64,000 nt of DNA. It comes from Raillietiella orientalis. Lineage: Eukaryota. Every line of letters begins with the position of its first letter. Position 1 is the stretch's first letter. Positions 23,974 through 37,132 of this stretch are shown here, in pieces. A program made the translations under genes and the position numbers. The notes under the pieces are model-generated. The model did not search any database. It was not told where the DNA came from and saw nothing but the letters and a program-made list of their open reading frames with translations. Where the stretch lies: contig JAYWIR010000011.1 in the NCBI GenBank assembly GCA_036172245.1, positions 1,736,001-1,800,000 on the forward strand, given 5' to 3'.

Positions 23974-25468
23974 GTGAACTTGCTCTTTCGAAGCGACATC
24001 CCCTCGAAGGAAATCTCGATACTGGGAATCCTGTCCCAAGGGACGAGTTCGAGGAAGCCATCAGGTAGGACGGTGAATACACCCCGCGATTTTCGCATCC
24101 ACTGGCTCCCGCGTGCTCCAGAAAAGCCCGGAAGTTTCCTGAGAAACGAGGGCGGAGAGGGAGTCCTTCCCGACACGCTGGACTTTCGCCTCCCCCGGAA
24201 CGTCCGCTCGGTTCCTACCCCTCTTCCTCAAAGACAGAAAGCATTGCTTCCGAGAAACGTCGTCCTCTCAAGGGCGTCCCTGGTCCCACATCGTAACGGA
24301 ACCCCCTCCTCCCTTCCCCTTCGGCTGCGGCTCTGCGCTCCTCGCTCTTCTCGAGGAAAATGCGGCGTGCCCAACCTCTTCGACCGAAGCGAACCCGGTC
24401 GGTACCACCTCTCTCCTTCCGGATTCGCAGCGGATGCGCGACCCGGAAGCAGAGTTGGGCCGGGACCAGGCCCAGAGCTCTTCTTCAAGTCCCTTCCGTC
24501 TGTCTACCTCGTTCGGATCCACGTCAGTCTAAATGTAGAGTTTTTTTTTTTCGGATTTCTTCCGGTGTCGGGGAAGAGCGAGCTGGTAGTGGGTCTGGGG
24601 AAACCGCCTTCGGTTTCTGCCTTCGATTTCGCCCACAGCCCACTCGCTGTTGCGTACGTGCAGATCGGCGTGCCACGGGGGACCTCGCGGTAGCAGTGCG
24701 GCGCAGAGGAACCTGGAAGACGATCCGGTTTCCAGGGCAGGAGCAACCACTGGGATGCTAAAGAGGGCGTTCTTTGATTTCCGGCTAACAGTGGCAACGA
24801 AAGCTCGGTCTCGGGCTGCCACTTTGTGCTGAGCGTCAAAAACCGTTTGCTCTTCCCCGGTGTCCACCTTCCGAATCACAACGACTTTGAGAGTAGAGTA
24901 GACGCTTCCCGGACCACCTCCTCGATGACATACAGCGCTCATCCCAGAAATGCTTCAACCGTGGATTGCAGAAAACTGCTGAAGACAGCATCTTCAAGAA
25001 CTTTACCGGCGCGGATGGCGGCGGCTCCCGGCAGAGAGGTCAGGAAGGATCCACCGCTCCACCCGAGGAACTCGCGGATCCCCCGCTTGAGCTGGTCGGA
25101 TTCTGTCTGGAGAGATCAGCTGAACCTCGAGGTCTTCGAAGAATCGCAGGGGACCCCTCCTCAGGGCATCGGATCGATTCTCCCAATTTCGCGAGTGTTG
25201 ACCTGAGAGCGGACGCCCGGCTCGAGCATCCGTCAGTCACCGTTTTTCCCGCCGAAAGACACGTCGATATGGTAATACGATTATTGGTCTCCGGAGGACG
25301 GAGGCTGCGAGTCGGGCGGCCCGGACCACGACGGGCGTGCGTCTAAGGAAGGGAGGATTCCTCTGTCCCCCTCGTCTCCCTGCGTTCCCTTTGACCTGGC
25401 TGTCCCCGTGGCCTCCGCGCGGGGTTCCTTGCAGAGATGAAGGCTCCCTAGGGAGGGTCCTCTCTCAG

Positions 25469-25547
25469 TGGTTCGCGTGCCTCCACCGTCTCCTCGGGGA
25501 AAGCGGCACCAGCATGATCGTCGTCGTCCCTCCAGAGACGCTAGCCG
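25469..25547 (+). CDS. Side-like gene exon (FN3-like domain, second part)
   Basis: Acceptor cctctctcag|, donor |gtgggt; WFACLHRLLGESGTSMIVVVPPETLA aligns with the FN3 G-x-S...TL ending. Phase 0 to phase 1, consistent with both neighbouring exons. Confidence 0.65.
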
Positions 25548-27220
25548 GTGGGTTTCGCTCTTTCGGTGCCTGGGAGGGTGCCGCCCCGGCGGACGTAGAG
25601 GCCACGTTGGACGCCAGGCCGAGCGCCATCAGCCTGGTGAGAGGCGGTGGTTCGCGAGCGTCGTTGGAACTCGCGCTCAGCGTCCCTGATCTCAGGCGCA
25701 CGCAGGGCGTGCGACGCCCTTGCTGAGAGTCACCAGGATCGAGGAAGGGATGGAGCAACCGCTCCGTGCGTCAGCGCCCGCAGAACGTACCATGCGGTCT
25801 GTCCACGCAGCCTCAGCGTGCTGCCACCCACGCGAACAGCTCTCCCCTGTCTGCGTGGAAGGTGAATGGGGCGCGACGGGGGACTTTGTGGCTCGCAAGG
25901 TAATCTGCCGAGTGCTACAGTAGGGCAGACGGGAGGCGCCAGCGGAGGACCTGAAAGACCAAGAGGAGAGGAGGATGAAGGACGGTGGAGGCAGAAGGCA
26001 GACGGCGCGCCCGAAGCGCAAGCGGCCCGGAGGGAAAGCTGGCAGAGTGCGCCAGGGACTGAGTTCCCCTTCGAGGGAGGAACGAACCGTAGTGGGGGAC
26101 GGGAAAAAAAGAAAGGCTGAGAAGCCGAGGCGCAAGTGGGTGCAGGACCAGAGAAGCGGCACCTTTAGCCCGCGGGAATCCGGTTCCCTGCTCCTACCGC
26201 CACCCATCTTCCTCACCGATAAGGACGAAACGCCTGGGTTCCTTCCCAGGGAGTTCCAGCTGCCGAAGCGGAAGGGGATCGCGAAGCCGCGCCCTTGACC
26301 TCTTTCCTGCATTTCGCCAGAAATCCTCCACAGTCTAGAAGGATCCGGATTTTTTTCCCCCACAGACGCAGTCGGTAAGCTGCGTTTCCTCTCCTCCTCT
26401 TCCTCCCTCCCATCAAGTCCTGTCTGCTTTCTCTTTCCTCCCCTCAGGAGGGGTGTTTCGAGATTTCACTCCGACTGGGAACTCGGGAACTCATCGTGCG
26501 GATGGGGTGGGGTGGGGTGGGGTGAGGTAGAGGGAAGGAGCATCCGCAGGCGCTCCGCCTGGCGCAGAGGCCGGGACACACCCAGCGACTCAAAAGATGC
26601 GGAAGCCGTCTGCGTTCCTTCCGGTTCTAAGAAAATCGATGAATCTCCTTTGGACGCTATCGACTGCAGCTCGCAGGAGACCGGCCGTGTCCCTCGGGTT
26701 TCAGCTCCTTGATCAGGATGTTTACATCGCTACCTACTCTTCCTCTGTCGCTTTGATCACATCCGTCACCGTCTGGGATCGACTGGTGAACTCGGGATCC
26801 AGGGTTCTCCAAGACAGCAGCGGCGCGGCGTGGCCGCTGCCTAAGCATCGGAAAGACTAAGATCAGTGGAGATCATCCCATTTCCACCGAAGAGCGGCAA
26901 GCAGTTTCGGTTTCAGTGGCTCCCGCGTAAGGGTGAGACCGCGCAAGGGTGTCGCTGTCGCGCAACCGTGCGGTCGTGACCCTTCCTGGAAGGGGATGCC
27001 CGAAGAATCCTCGTCGGAAAGATGGCGCACTGAAACCAACTGGACGACCTCGACGGATCGGTTTCTTGCGTGGAGATCACGCCTTTCTGAAAGCATCCCA
27101 CCACGCGAATTGCTTCCGTGATTGTTTGCACATTCAGCGCGGAAGCTTGGAAAAGGAAGGGGGAGGGGATGACTGTCTGCATCCGAAGCATTCACGTCTA
27201 AAACGAGGACTCCTCTTCAG

Positions 27221-27384
27221 CCCACGAGGTCGCGCTGATTCTGGGGTGGTCGTCCATTCCGCTGGTGACGGCACTCGTCCTGTGCGTCTGCTTCTACAGG
27301 AAGTGCCTGCGGAGAAGCCACGCGTCCCGTGATCCGAGGAACTGACGCGCGGCGATCGGAGCATCACTTGGGATGATTGAAAGT
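27221..27384 (+). CDS. Side-like gene transmembrane exon; in-frame TGA at 27343-27345, GTAAGT donor at 27385
   Basis: Acceptor ctcctcttcag|, phase-1 start; (A)HEVALILGWSSIPLVTALVLCVCFYRKCLRRSHASRDPRN*RAAIGASLGMIES is a hydrophobic helix followed by a basic stop-transfer segment. Not in the ORF track because it has no start codon. Confidence 0.75.
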
Positions 27385-30300
27385 GTAAGTTGCGAGTTAG
27401 CACGGCGGCGCAGGAGGCGGGGACATCCCGGAATCACGCTGCACGTGATTTGTGGGGAAGGCATTTGCTGTCCCCATGGGGTCTACCGGCGGCTCGTACA
27501 GCATCGGTTCTTGACAGATACTGAAGATTTGCTTCCTCTCTTCCAGGGCAGCAGCCTTTGGGACTGCAGCCGTGGAAGCACGGCTAATCCGATCGTCAGC
27601 GCTAACCGTCATGCACGGCAATCAAGAGGAACCCGGCAACGAGGATGGATGTGCTGCTGAAACGAGCGTTGTCGCGCGTGGTGGCAGCGAAAGCCCTGAC
27701 GAAAGCGGGAACGTGAGCTGCCCGCTGTCCGCAAAATCGGTCCACAGGGTGGACCGTTCCCTGCCTGGGTGGACCACACGAGCTTGACGTTCCTCTCGAG
27801 TTTCCGAAGACATCCGATGAGGCCTTCGGTCAGCGTTCCACAAAACGGGAATCGCGGGATGGAACACACCCCAAGGCGCAAACAGAAAGCCTTACCATTT
27901 CCGAAAATACACGCATATTTTTTTTTTTTTTTTCCTCCTTTTCCATCCCTTCCTTTGTCTCGTTTTAGAATCCAGGGAAGATTCACAATACGCTGAGATT
28001 CACCTTGATTTTGCCTTCCTCGAGCGGCGAGCGGAGGCGGTGGGTTGGACGCCATGGCGACCTGCCGGGGATCCAGGAGTCCTTCAGCGCGCGTGGAAGG
28101 AAGGGCTGAGGAGCTGCCGAAACGAAAGCATCCCGCAAGAAAATGCCCTAGGGGGAAACGGAAAGAAAGAGAGAGAGAGAAAAAAAATCTAGAATCGCTC
28201 CAAGAAACATGAGGGCGGAAGTTTCGACATGCCCCTTACAAAGGGCATTTCCGCAGATTGCCAAGAAGTCACCTTCTAGAATTCTTGAACGAACTCTTCT
28301 TCAAAGGAGGAAATGGCAAAATCGGCGGGAAAAAGCGGATTCGCTCAAGACCATCTCAATCATCCACCCTTAATGGACTGCGTGGTCCGCAAGCCCTCGT
28401 TTGTTACGCATCCCTTATGCACCCCCTTCGAGGACAAAAATAGCTTTTCCCCGTTACCTGGAAAGCACTCCCTCCATGCGCCATTCGGGATGCGCTGCTG
28501 TCCAAATCCGATGCATCCCTATGGAACACCGGAGCAAGAAGCGCGCCTGCAGGATCCAGTGAAATTTTCACGTCGCGATTTGCAATCAGGAAGACGCGAT
28601 GGGTTGCTAAATAGGGAGGGAGAGCCGGTCAGGGTGCTTTCAAGCTGCGGTGAGGACAAGATGGCTGGTGCAAGCGGTGGTTTGCTGTCTCCCGAAGACG
28701 GGGCCTATTCCGTGGGTGCGCGCTCCTTCCCAGAGCATCAAAGTCTGGAGGAAAGAAGGCGTTAAGAGAGTGGTGCTCGCGACCCAGGTGGCGGGGAAGG
28801 AAGAGGAGGAGGAGAGCGCAGCCTTCTTAGAACCACCCCATGGACGTTGCAGCCGTTCGTAGAGCTGCCTACGCCTTACGAACGAAAGAATGACAATAAA
28901 GTGCTGAATGGGAAAATCGGGAAGAAGCGCTAACGGGAGGAATGCCATCCAATCAGTGAATGAAAGTGTGGCATTGCATTATGGGATCAGTTACGAAGGA
29001 AATGAGGGAGAGCTGTCCGAAGAACAGCTGCGCAATTTTTCTGGAAGACGAGGCCAGCGACCACCGCACGCAAAATAGCGAGCTGCCGTGGGCTATCAAA
29101 GCAGAACTCTTGGTTAGCTCGTGAGCTATCCCTGACGGGATCCCTTTTGGCTGGACCCCATCCAGCAGCGGAAGAGCGTACCGCGCCACCCGGAAGGATC
29201 GTTCCCTGGTCGAGGTTCGAGACTCCGCGTGAGGAACGAGACGTCTTCCGCAAGAGGTCGAGAATCCCGACCTTTCGAGCTCCCGCTCCATCCATCCTTC
29301 ATGGCTTCCTAAGACTTCACTTCTCAAGGAGGATTCTCAGGAAACCCGTTTTTTTAATCCTTCCGCCATGTTCTTTCAGGATGTACGGTGTTCTGAAAGT
29401 TCTTTGACCCCCCGCATTTCCTTACCTAAGGGTGCCACAAGGCATTTTCTTACGTGCAGCAGAGGCAGTTCAGGGTCGGCACGATAAATCCCGCGAAAAT
29501 CTCGGGGAAACTTATCAAATGATCTGAAGATGTTCAGTGAGACAATGATTCCTCGGGCTTATCTCAAGGACAGAAAACGTGCTGGCGCGCACCACTCGCA
29601 AGCAGAATTCATCTGACATCGGAAGATTAGGGAGACGGTCCCAGCATCCTGAATTTAGAAACAAACTGGATGCTGGAAATCCTCGATATCTTGGGAGTTT
29701 TCGTAGCTCGCAAATAATCTCTTATTTAGCCATTCTGTGCCAGGACTGGTTACTTCAGGGATTCCGTGCTCGAAGATTCAGCTTAATGAGGTTTGGATGA
29801 TGGGCAATTTTTCCGTGTGTGCTGGCGTGTGGCGTTAGTATATTCAGGAACTATGAAGAATGGACGTGCTAATGGTTTCACATCGTTCGGTTTATTTTTT
29901 TTTTTCGTAGATCGTTAATATACGAGTGAATGGGGAGGCGATCTTTGAGAGGTGGCATAAAGATCGGGAAGCGGATACAGGCGCGGGAGAGGCTAGCTAA
30001 AGACTTTCTTCCGAGGGTGGGATGAATCAGTGAATGACGCGGATGACTTTAGGAATTGAAGGCTGACAGGCGAGGCAACAGGACCCCTTTCAGATTCCTT
30101 CCCGAGGCGAAGAAAGAATGGAACAAAACGTTCCAGACATTAATTTTCCGTGTCTCCAACGAGCTCTGCGAATCAGGGCTTCCCCCTTGCCAAGACACGT
30201 TGAGGACGCCTCCTTCACATCATGCACGGTGTGCACCTTCTTGAAGGAGGACCGGCTCTAAGCCTTTAATAATTTCCTCTTTTGCAGCCGAATTATTAGC

Positions 30301-30974
30301 CGAAACCAATTCAACTCTCTAGCGAGCACACAAACGTCCAATATTCCAATCCGTTGTGAAAACGCGAATCGGCAACGACAGGAAAGCATCAGCACATTCA
30401 CGCGGCGGCTACCTAATATGGACATAAGAAATTGAAAACAGCCATTCCCGGAATGTGGTAAGCCCGCAACCAAAGTCATCTCGCAAGCTGCTGATGAAAG
30501 AAGACGGCGATGTGAGGGAGCTGTGGTCTCACACCAAAGTCGGAGAACGTCGTCGTCGAAGGGCTGAATGGGAATTTATGGAACGTACCCGCCAAACGCC
30601 CGCCTGAAAGGTATCTCTATACTCATCTACTCAACCACTATGTTACAGCATCACAGTCACGATGGCTTCTCCGTGTTGGCTTCATTGGCAGCAACGCCGT
30701 GGGTTGGCAAGCAACGAGCTGTCGGTTCTAAAACGAAAGAAATGGAAGGCGGGGAAGAAGCATGCGAGTCTTTTTTGCCTGTTTAAAACTGAAACGATAT
30801 TCGAGGTCGAAACTTCCTCAGCGCCCAAAGCCTTTTCCGATTCAAAAGTAGCAACGAATACTAATGAATGGATATAATTAGAGGATCGGAGTTCAGTTCC
30901 CCGAGCTTGGATAATTTTTGCGCTTTCCCTTCTTTCCTGTCTTCGCAGTTCTTCGACACGGGTCCGTACCACAC

Positions 30975-31670
30975 GAGTGTGGGTAATTCTTCAAGATAGG
31001 GGGTACCCCCGGCCTATGAATCCAGGAAGGACTCGGAGTCCGTTCTTCTCTCGCCTGGGGAGGGATCCCCGGAAATGGAGATCACCTCCATCCTGGTTGT
31101 CTCCGAAGGGGAACCCAGAAGGGAATCCTCCTTTCTTATTCTCTCCGGATCCTTTCCGAGTTCCCTTCAGAGAAGAAGGGAACCCGGAAAGGATCCGATC
31201 CTGGAATTTCTTCTCGGAGGGATCCCCCGCAAGGGATCCGCTCCTGCTTACTCCTCTGTAGAGAACCCAGAAGGGACGCTTCCGAAATTCAGAAGGGCGC
31301 AGCTTCCCCGAAGGAATCCGCTAGCATTCTCTGGACAGGTGGTGGCGACACACCTACTCCATTAGCACGACACGGAGGATCCCCCCGGAATGGGGGATCC
31401 TCTCCTCCACAACCGGAGGGGAGCTCCCACTCTGTGATTCCTGGAAGGACCCGGAGGTCGAATCCCATTTGTCCCGGCCCTCGTCGGGGGCATCCGGTTC
31501 GAACCATTTCTAGTGCCGCACCCGGATGAATGCAGGCCAACCAGTGTCATCTTGTGGGGTGAACTCGGAACCCACGACGCACTGCGTCGATTCCTTCGGA
31601 GTATTCGAACCCACGACGCTTAGTGGTGCCACGCGCGGAGACCACCGTAACCACACAGCCTCCGACGCGA
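30975..31670 (-). mobile_element. tRNA-derived SINE-like repeat copy
   Basis: Minus strand A-box-like tggttacggtgg and B-box-like gggttcgaatac; body matches 15590-16195 and 10035-10580. Confidence 0.72.
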
Positions 31671-31749
31671 GCTTTTCCTTTGTTCCCGGTCCAATCCTCC
31701 AAACTCCATCCGATTAGTTAATTGGAAACGCTGGAGACGTACGTTCAAA

Positions 31750-33600
31750 ATAAGTGTGTCCTGCGCGTCCGTGGCTGTCATTGCGCGACCAGTTATCAAA
31801 GGTCACACACAACAGCTTTATTTCCGCCACTCGGAAATCCCCATTTCCGAATTCGGGAAATCCAGAGATGGCTCAGCTCACTCCATTCGCTTCTGGGTGA
31901 GATGTTCTTACACGTGCTTCCAGAGCCAAGTGCGGCCACATCTCCGAACAGCTCCAGAAGCCCGTGGCTCAGAACTTCCGTGGACGATGGTCGCTGCGCT
32001 GGCAAATGGAATAAAAAATCGCATCCGCTGGAAGTAGCTTCTTGGGAGTCTGCGGTCGCTGATCATCGGTTGGTAAGCAATTGTTTTGTAGGGCTCTGAA
32101 GTGCGGAGGATTATGGAGCAAAAGCCAGAGTCGGTTATGCGGGCTTGTAATGGCTTCGCACCCATAGGGAGCACATCCCCCAGGCTTTAGATCACGTTCT
32201 GAGTGCTCAGCTTGGTTCGTGTGGATTCTTCCAGAACTGGCAGCTACACATGAAAACGGCAACTACGCAGACCCTCAACACGAAATTGCTGAAGCGCGCG
32301 ACTGGACAAAGATAGATCAGATGTCAAGATCGGATCAAAGGAGGCGACTTTCACTGCGTGCCGCGTATCCACGGAAACCAAAACGCATTTATGCGAACTG
32401 TGGAGCTCTTTCACTCGTCTCTGTTGCCGGGTGCGGGATTTTAGTTTGGGAACGCGTTTACCGTACTAAGGAGCTTGGATCTTCTTTCCTGGAAAAACTT
32501 TCTCAGGGTATTGTTCCACAAAAAAGGAAAAGAAGTTCTATTGAGCGCTGGGCACGCGGCCTGTCCTACCTAACGATTTCGTCGCCCTCACCTTCACCTC
32601 ACAGGTCAGCTGCCCCCTCGTGAAGCCTCGGTCCCTCTTCCCTACTTTTAATGAAAGTTTACCTACGCCTATTCCAGTTGTCGCCTGCTTTGCATGACTG
32701 AGCAGGGCAAGTCTTGCAGAGGACTGTCGACACGCTGACAACGGGGCTGCTCTGGAAGCGCACCTTTCCTTTAAAGGACAGCCAAGCGTTCTTTGCTGAA
32801 GTTTTGAAGAATTCGTCCTTGCACTCTTCACCAGCAGAAGCGTCAAAAAACCTCCCGATTTATGAATGAAAACAGGCTAAGCCATCCGAAAGTTCGTGGA
32901 ATGGTAGAGTATCCCTAAAAGGTTTGTCAGCAGAGGTTCATTAAAACCAAACGATTCCTTGTTTCACCATTCTTTCAGGATAACAAATGGTCTTCACGTC
33001 CCTTCATTGTCTGCGTTCACTACCAAATATCCGCAGGTCACCGTCTAACGATCTGCGGCGCGCTTATCAGAGAGTTTGGGGCAGTCTGGTGTCTGTCTAG
33101 AGGAGAACAACCTGGAGAATTACTGGAATGAAAGAACGCAGCAAAATTCTATTTCGCCCCTTCATTCGTCGTTCTCGATGGGAGGAGGATGGAAGGTCTT
33201 CGTTGGAAATGAGGACTGCGTCGCGCGCCAGCCAAAATTGCTCTCTGAATGGATGGGTTTATAAATTTCCTGCTCTCGTCGCCATAGGCAACAGATCTGC
33301 CGATCCGATCACGGGAGCCTGCATCCCGACTGAGCCGATTTCATGCAATCGTTTGGTATCCGCGGACATGGGGAAGCCGTTTCACGGAGGTGCTGTAGAT
33401 GGAAATGAAATCGAGGAAAGCTCGATGGAAAACTGCCTTAGGAAGGAGAAGGACGTATACGCTTATCCTGGACTGCGGCTGAGTTATTTACACGCATCCG
33501 ATCCGACGAGTGCGTCCGCAGAGAGAGAGAGCACTTCCTTCCCGTGTCTGGCCGCCCGCCTGTACGCTGCCATTCTGATCGCTGCGTTGGACAAGCACGG
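31750..33600 (+). mobile_element. Decayed hAT-superfamily transposase (ZMYM1/PRKRIR-like type)
   Basis: Motifs in the expected order across frames: LRTHRE (cf. LRGHxE), NYADPQHEI (cf. IQNEI), VWER, SESSW (cf. xTRW), and the C-terminal dimerisation motif YPGL...PTSASAER (~33465-33525). Confidence 0.55.
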
Positions 33601-34479
33601 GGGTCCTTCCAAATACTCTCCTTCAGCAACCGAACGAGGTCACCCTCATACTGGAGACCAGCGACTGCTGACCTGTGGTCCGTAGGAAGGTTGCCCACAG
33701 GAAGGCTCCAGGGAGTGCGTCTCGCCGAAGCGAGCCCTGATTGAGACGAATGGGGAAAACAATCAACGGATAGGTCCGGGAGATGGGTGATTATCCTTTT
33801 TGTAAAAGGGGCTCCCGATCTCGAGCCTGATTTGCATTAAAGTGAACTTCATTTCCAGCATGGTAGACATTTGGAACGCGCGTTCATTACAGGCAGTGTT
33901 ACCATACATCTCTTCTTTGGCGAAAAACACACACGCACACGCAGTAAATAAACATTTATCCGAACATTGTGCATTCCATAAAGTGAATAAGTGATGTATT
34001 TGTAGCCTATTGGATTCGTGTTTACGACGGCCATTCGTTCCCTTCATTTGCATTTCCACAGAAGATTCATCCACAAGATCACGATAAAGAACACCTTTGA
34101 AACATCTTGCTATTTATAGTCTGATAACATGCAATACTTCTTAGGGCATCTGCTTGGAAGATCTCACATGTGAAGGGTTTCAAAATATTACGTCCAAATA
34201 ATGCGTTGGGATTCCGAGCTTTCGTAGGAAAACACCTTTGGCTTTTTCATTGGAAGCTGTTGGAGAAGGGAAACGCCTCCAAGGAGTAAGGAGGAATTTG
34301 CTCTTCCTTGGAGAAAACTGGGAGTTCCCCTTCAGAAGAGAAGTCACAAAAGCGAGTGCAATGACCTGAATTCGAAAGCTCGTTGGTTAATGCGAATGTA
34401 GTAAGGAACTAAAGGAGGTCAACTTGCTGTGTCCGCGGTTCCCTCCCCTTCCTCAGAATTCTGTTCCACCAGGGACAAG

Positions 34480-35100
34480 CACCCCTGAATACCAAACGCC
34501 GTTCGTTCTTTCCACTTCCTGACTGTGGCACGAAGTATGTCGAAGTGTGGAAGCAGCACGCTGAAGCATCTTACTCTCTCTGTGGTTCCTCTGAGTACCT
34601 CTGAGATGCAGCGCCCAGAGATGTAGGAGCGCGCGATTTCCTCTGTAGGGGTGACCTGAGCCGGCAACCATTCTTTCGGGTTTCTTCCGAGCGAGGTCAG
34701 CGTGAGGTTCGCATTCTAAGAGGGCTTTTTCCTCTTTTCCAAGAAGACACTTTTGGAGCAGAAATCCAAGCGGCTCTCCGTGGCTTCCGCTCTGGTTCCA
34801 CGAACTGATGAGCTCGTCCAAGCACACGTCTTTAGAAAACGACAGCTGTCCGCATCGCAGTGGCCAGAACCCGCGCTGACACACCCACCCACTGCCATTC
34901 CCTGGAGCTTCCACCTGAATCACGCCTGCCAGATACTCCTCCAGCAACACCGACGTCGGCTGGGACCCCAAACACTCGGTTTGTGATTCCGCTGATGCGC
35001 ACCCGCACCCGGGATCACTGGAGGTCACCAACCGTCCAAAATGAGGGCCGCGCTCCAAAGGGCGTAGAGCTTCTGCGACTGCGGTGCGAGGCAAAGAGAT
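34480..35100 (+). mobile_element. Probable decayed fragment of the same LINE family
   Basis: RDFLCRG and RRLGPQ resemble segments at 44.4-45.0 kb and 54.3-54.9 kb; heavily frameshifted. Confidence 0.35.
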
Positions 35101-36859
35101 GTACCAAATGAATTCTTCCTTATGATGAATCGCCTTCTCAGGACATCGGAAAGGAATGATTTTCCTCTTACAAATGAAGAAAATACGAAACCATCACGAG
35201 TGTCATGTTGAAGAATGGGGGTACCATTGAATACATCCACACTTTTTGAATGGATGGAGCAAAGTACAGCATCCAGTAGGGAATCTGAACAACACACCCA
35301 TGCTCCGCGGAGCTGAATGATGCGGTTCTTCGAAAGACATTCATTTCTCTCGATGCCTGTTCATTTGAAAGTCATCATTGTGTTCTTCAGAAGCAGCGAA
35401 AAAAAAAGGAAAAAAAGCACAAAGGATTTGTCCTGGCCATTGCTGCCAAGGACGATGCAGAATAGAAGGATTTCGCAGCACAGATTTTATTTTCCAAACA
35501 AACTAATGCCATCCGGAGGAAGAAGAAGAGAGAGGATGTTTGAACCAAAGCATTCATCAAAGAGAACGGAGACTGGAGGTGTGTTTTTGGAATGGAATGA
35601 CCTTTCAGAGTGCCACGAGTCGCCATCCTTCTCTTTTGCAATTTCCGTGCTCCTCGCAGCAAAAAAAAAGAAAATTATATCATAGAAGTGCATCGACAGG
35701 CAATCGGGGAGACGAAAACACAGCTTGAGCTGGAGAAGAGGGGCCATGGGGGACCTTCGTGCCTCAGCGGGACGCGCACACCCGTTAAAGAAACGCGCTG
35801 ACCGAAGGGGACCACGGTTTCGTGTGTGGAGGGCGCCAATTCCTTGCATTTTAAATCTACGATGGCCAGTCCCTCTCCTTCCCTACTCGGACATTTCAGG
35901 GCTGGTTGGTTGATCCCCCACAAAATGCTTCACAACGAACAGTAGGTTCAGCAGCGTCGTTCCACCAGAAGGAGCGTCTGCTTGCCCAGAATTTGCGTCT
36001 CCCGCACTAGACGCCTCCCGTGTTTGGGGATTCTGGTTTCCTCTCCCGGTGCTTTCGTCTGTTGGGGAGGCGTTGGTGTGTCCACTCTGTGATGTTTCTG
36101 GATTGGCACACTTTCTGACGCCGATTTCCCGTTTCCCTGTCCGCCCATCGACGTCGGTCTCCCTTTTGCCATTTTTTGCCACCTGTGTCGCCTTGATGCC
36201 CGTGACGAAGAAGGCGGAGCGCATCTGGGTCATTGGGTCGCATTCGGGAAAGCCATCGTTCCCTTGAAATATAGTTCCTTCTAAATGGATTCAATTTCGA
36301 CGATATCTGTTCTTTCCTCCCCCGCATCCATGGTCTCGCTTGCTAGATTCCAGCCTCTGCATGTTGTTGGGCAGCTGAAGAAGTGAACTTCCGCCTCCAC
36401 TTCGCCGCCATCTGTGAATCCGTGTTTCGAGTTTTGGAACGCGCGCTTCCGTTTGCCTCGCGCGGAAATCTCCCACAGAAGAACAGGAAAAGGCATCCGG
36501 CGTCTGGGGCATCCGGTTGCTAATTGTCCGACTTCCTCACTGATAATTGCTGTCATCTTTATATTTATTGATTTTTTTCTCTTCCACATTGCATGAGCGT
36601 ACTCCAAATCCGTGGTAAGAGTTCTCTTACCCGACTTGCTGGTGAGGGAGGGAGGAGATGGACTTGAAGGGGAACGGAAGAGAGACAGGAAATCAAGTTG
36701 TTTCCTCTCTCGAAGAACAATTTTCAAACAGCAATCGTAGAACGCGAAGCAGGAAACCACAGGTGGAAAACGAAAGATTCGGGTTGCTGACATCCAGTGA
36801 CTCCCCGGTAGGACAGAATGCTCGGAGAAGACTTCAAGAAAGCAAAAAAAGGATTTTGT

Positions 36860-37075
36860 TTTATGTATTTAAAAAAGGTGTGCTTTTTTGGTGGGCTTTA
36901 TGGAGCGTGGAAAAACCACAAGTCTACTGTGAAACGCTTTCGAAACTGCGGCGTGCCATTCAGAACCGACGAGGTGGAATGCTGGGATCAGGAATTGTTC
37001 TTCGTCACGACAACGCGCGCCTTGGCAACCTCATGCTGTCCTCAGATTTATTCATTTATCGTAAAGGGTGGTCTA
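36860..37075 (+). mobile_element. mariner transposase remnant (internally deleted)
   Basis: KKGVL...VYCETLSKLRRAIQNRRGGMLGSGIVLRHDNAR closely follows the mariner YCETLxKLRRAIQNKRRGML...LLHDNAR segment that contains the second catalytic Asp. Confidence 0.85.
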
Positions 37076-37086
37076 TGGTCTCGCAT

Positions 37087-37132
37087 ACACACACACACAC
37101 ACACACACGCACGCACGCACGCACGCACGCAC
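37087..37132. repeat. (AC)n(GCAC)n compound microsatellite
   Basis: Seen directly. Confidence 0.97.

Noticed and set aside
23515..24693. 392-aa ORF as a single-exon gene
   Set aside because: Only 23747-23973 looks like protein and is bounded by splice sites; the rest is open intronic frame.
35317..35640. pogo/Tigger fragment (RFFERHSFLS, ETG)
   Set aside because: Only two short motifs; unsupported without a search.
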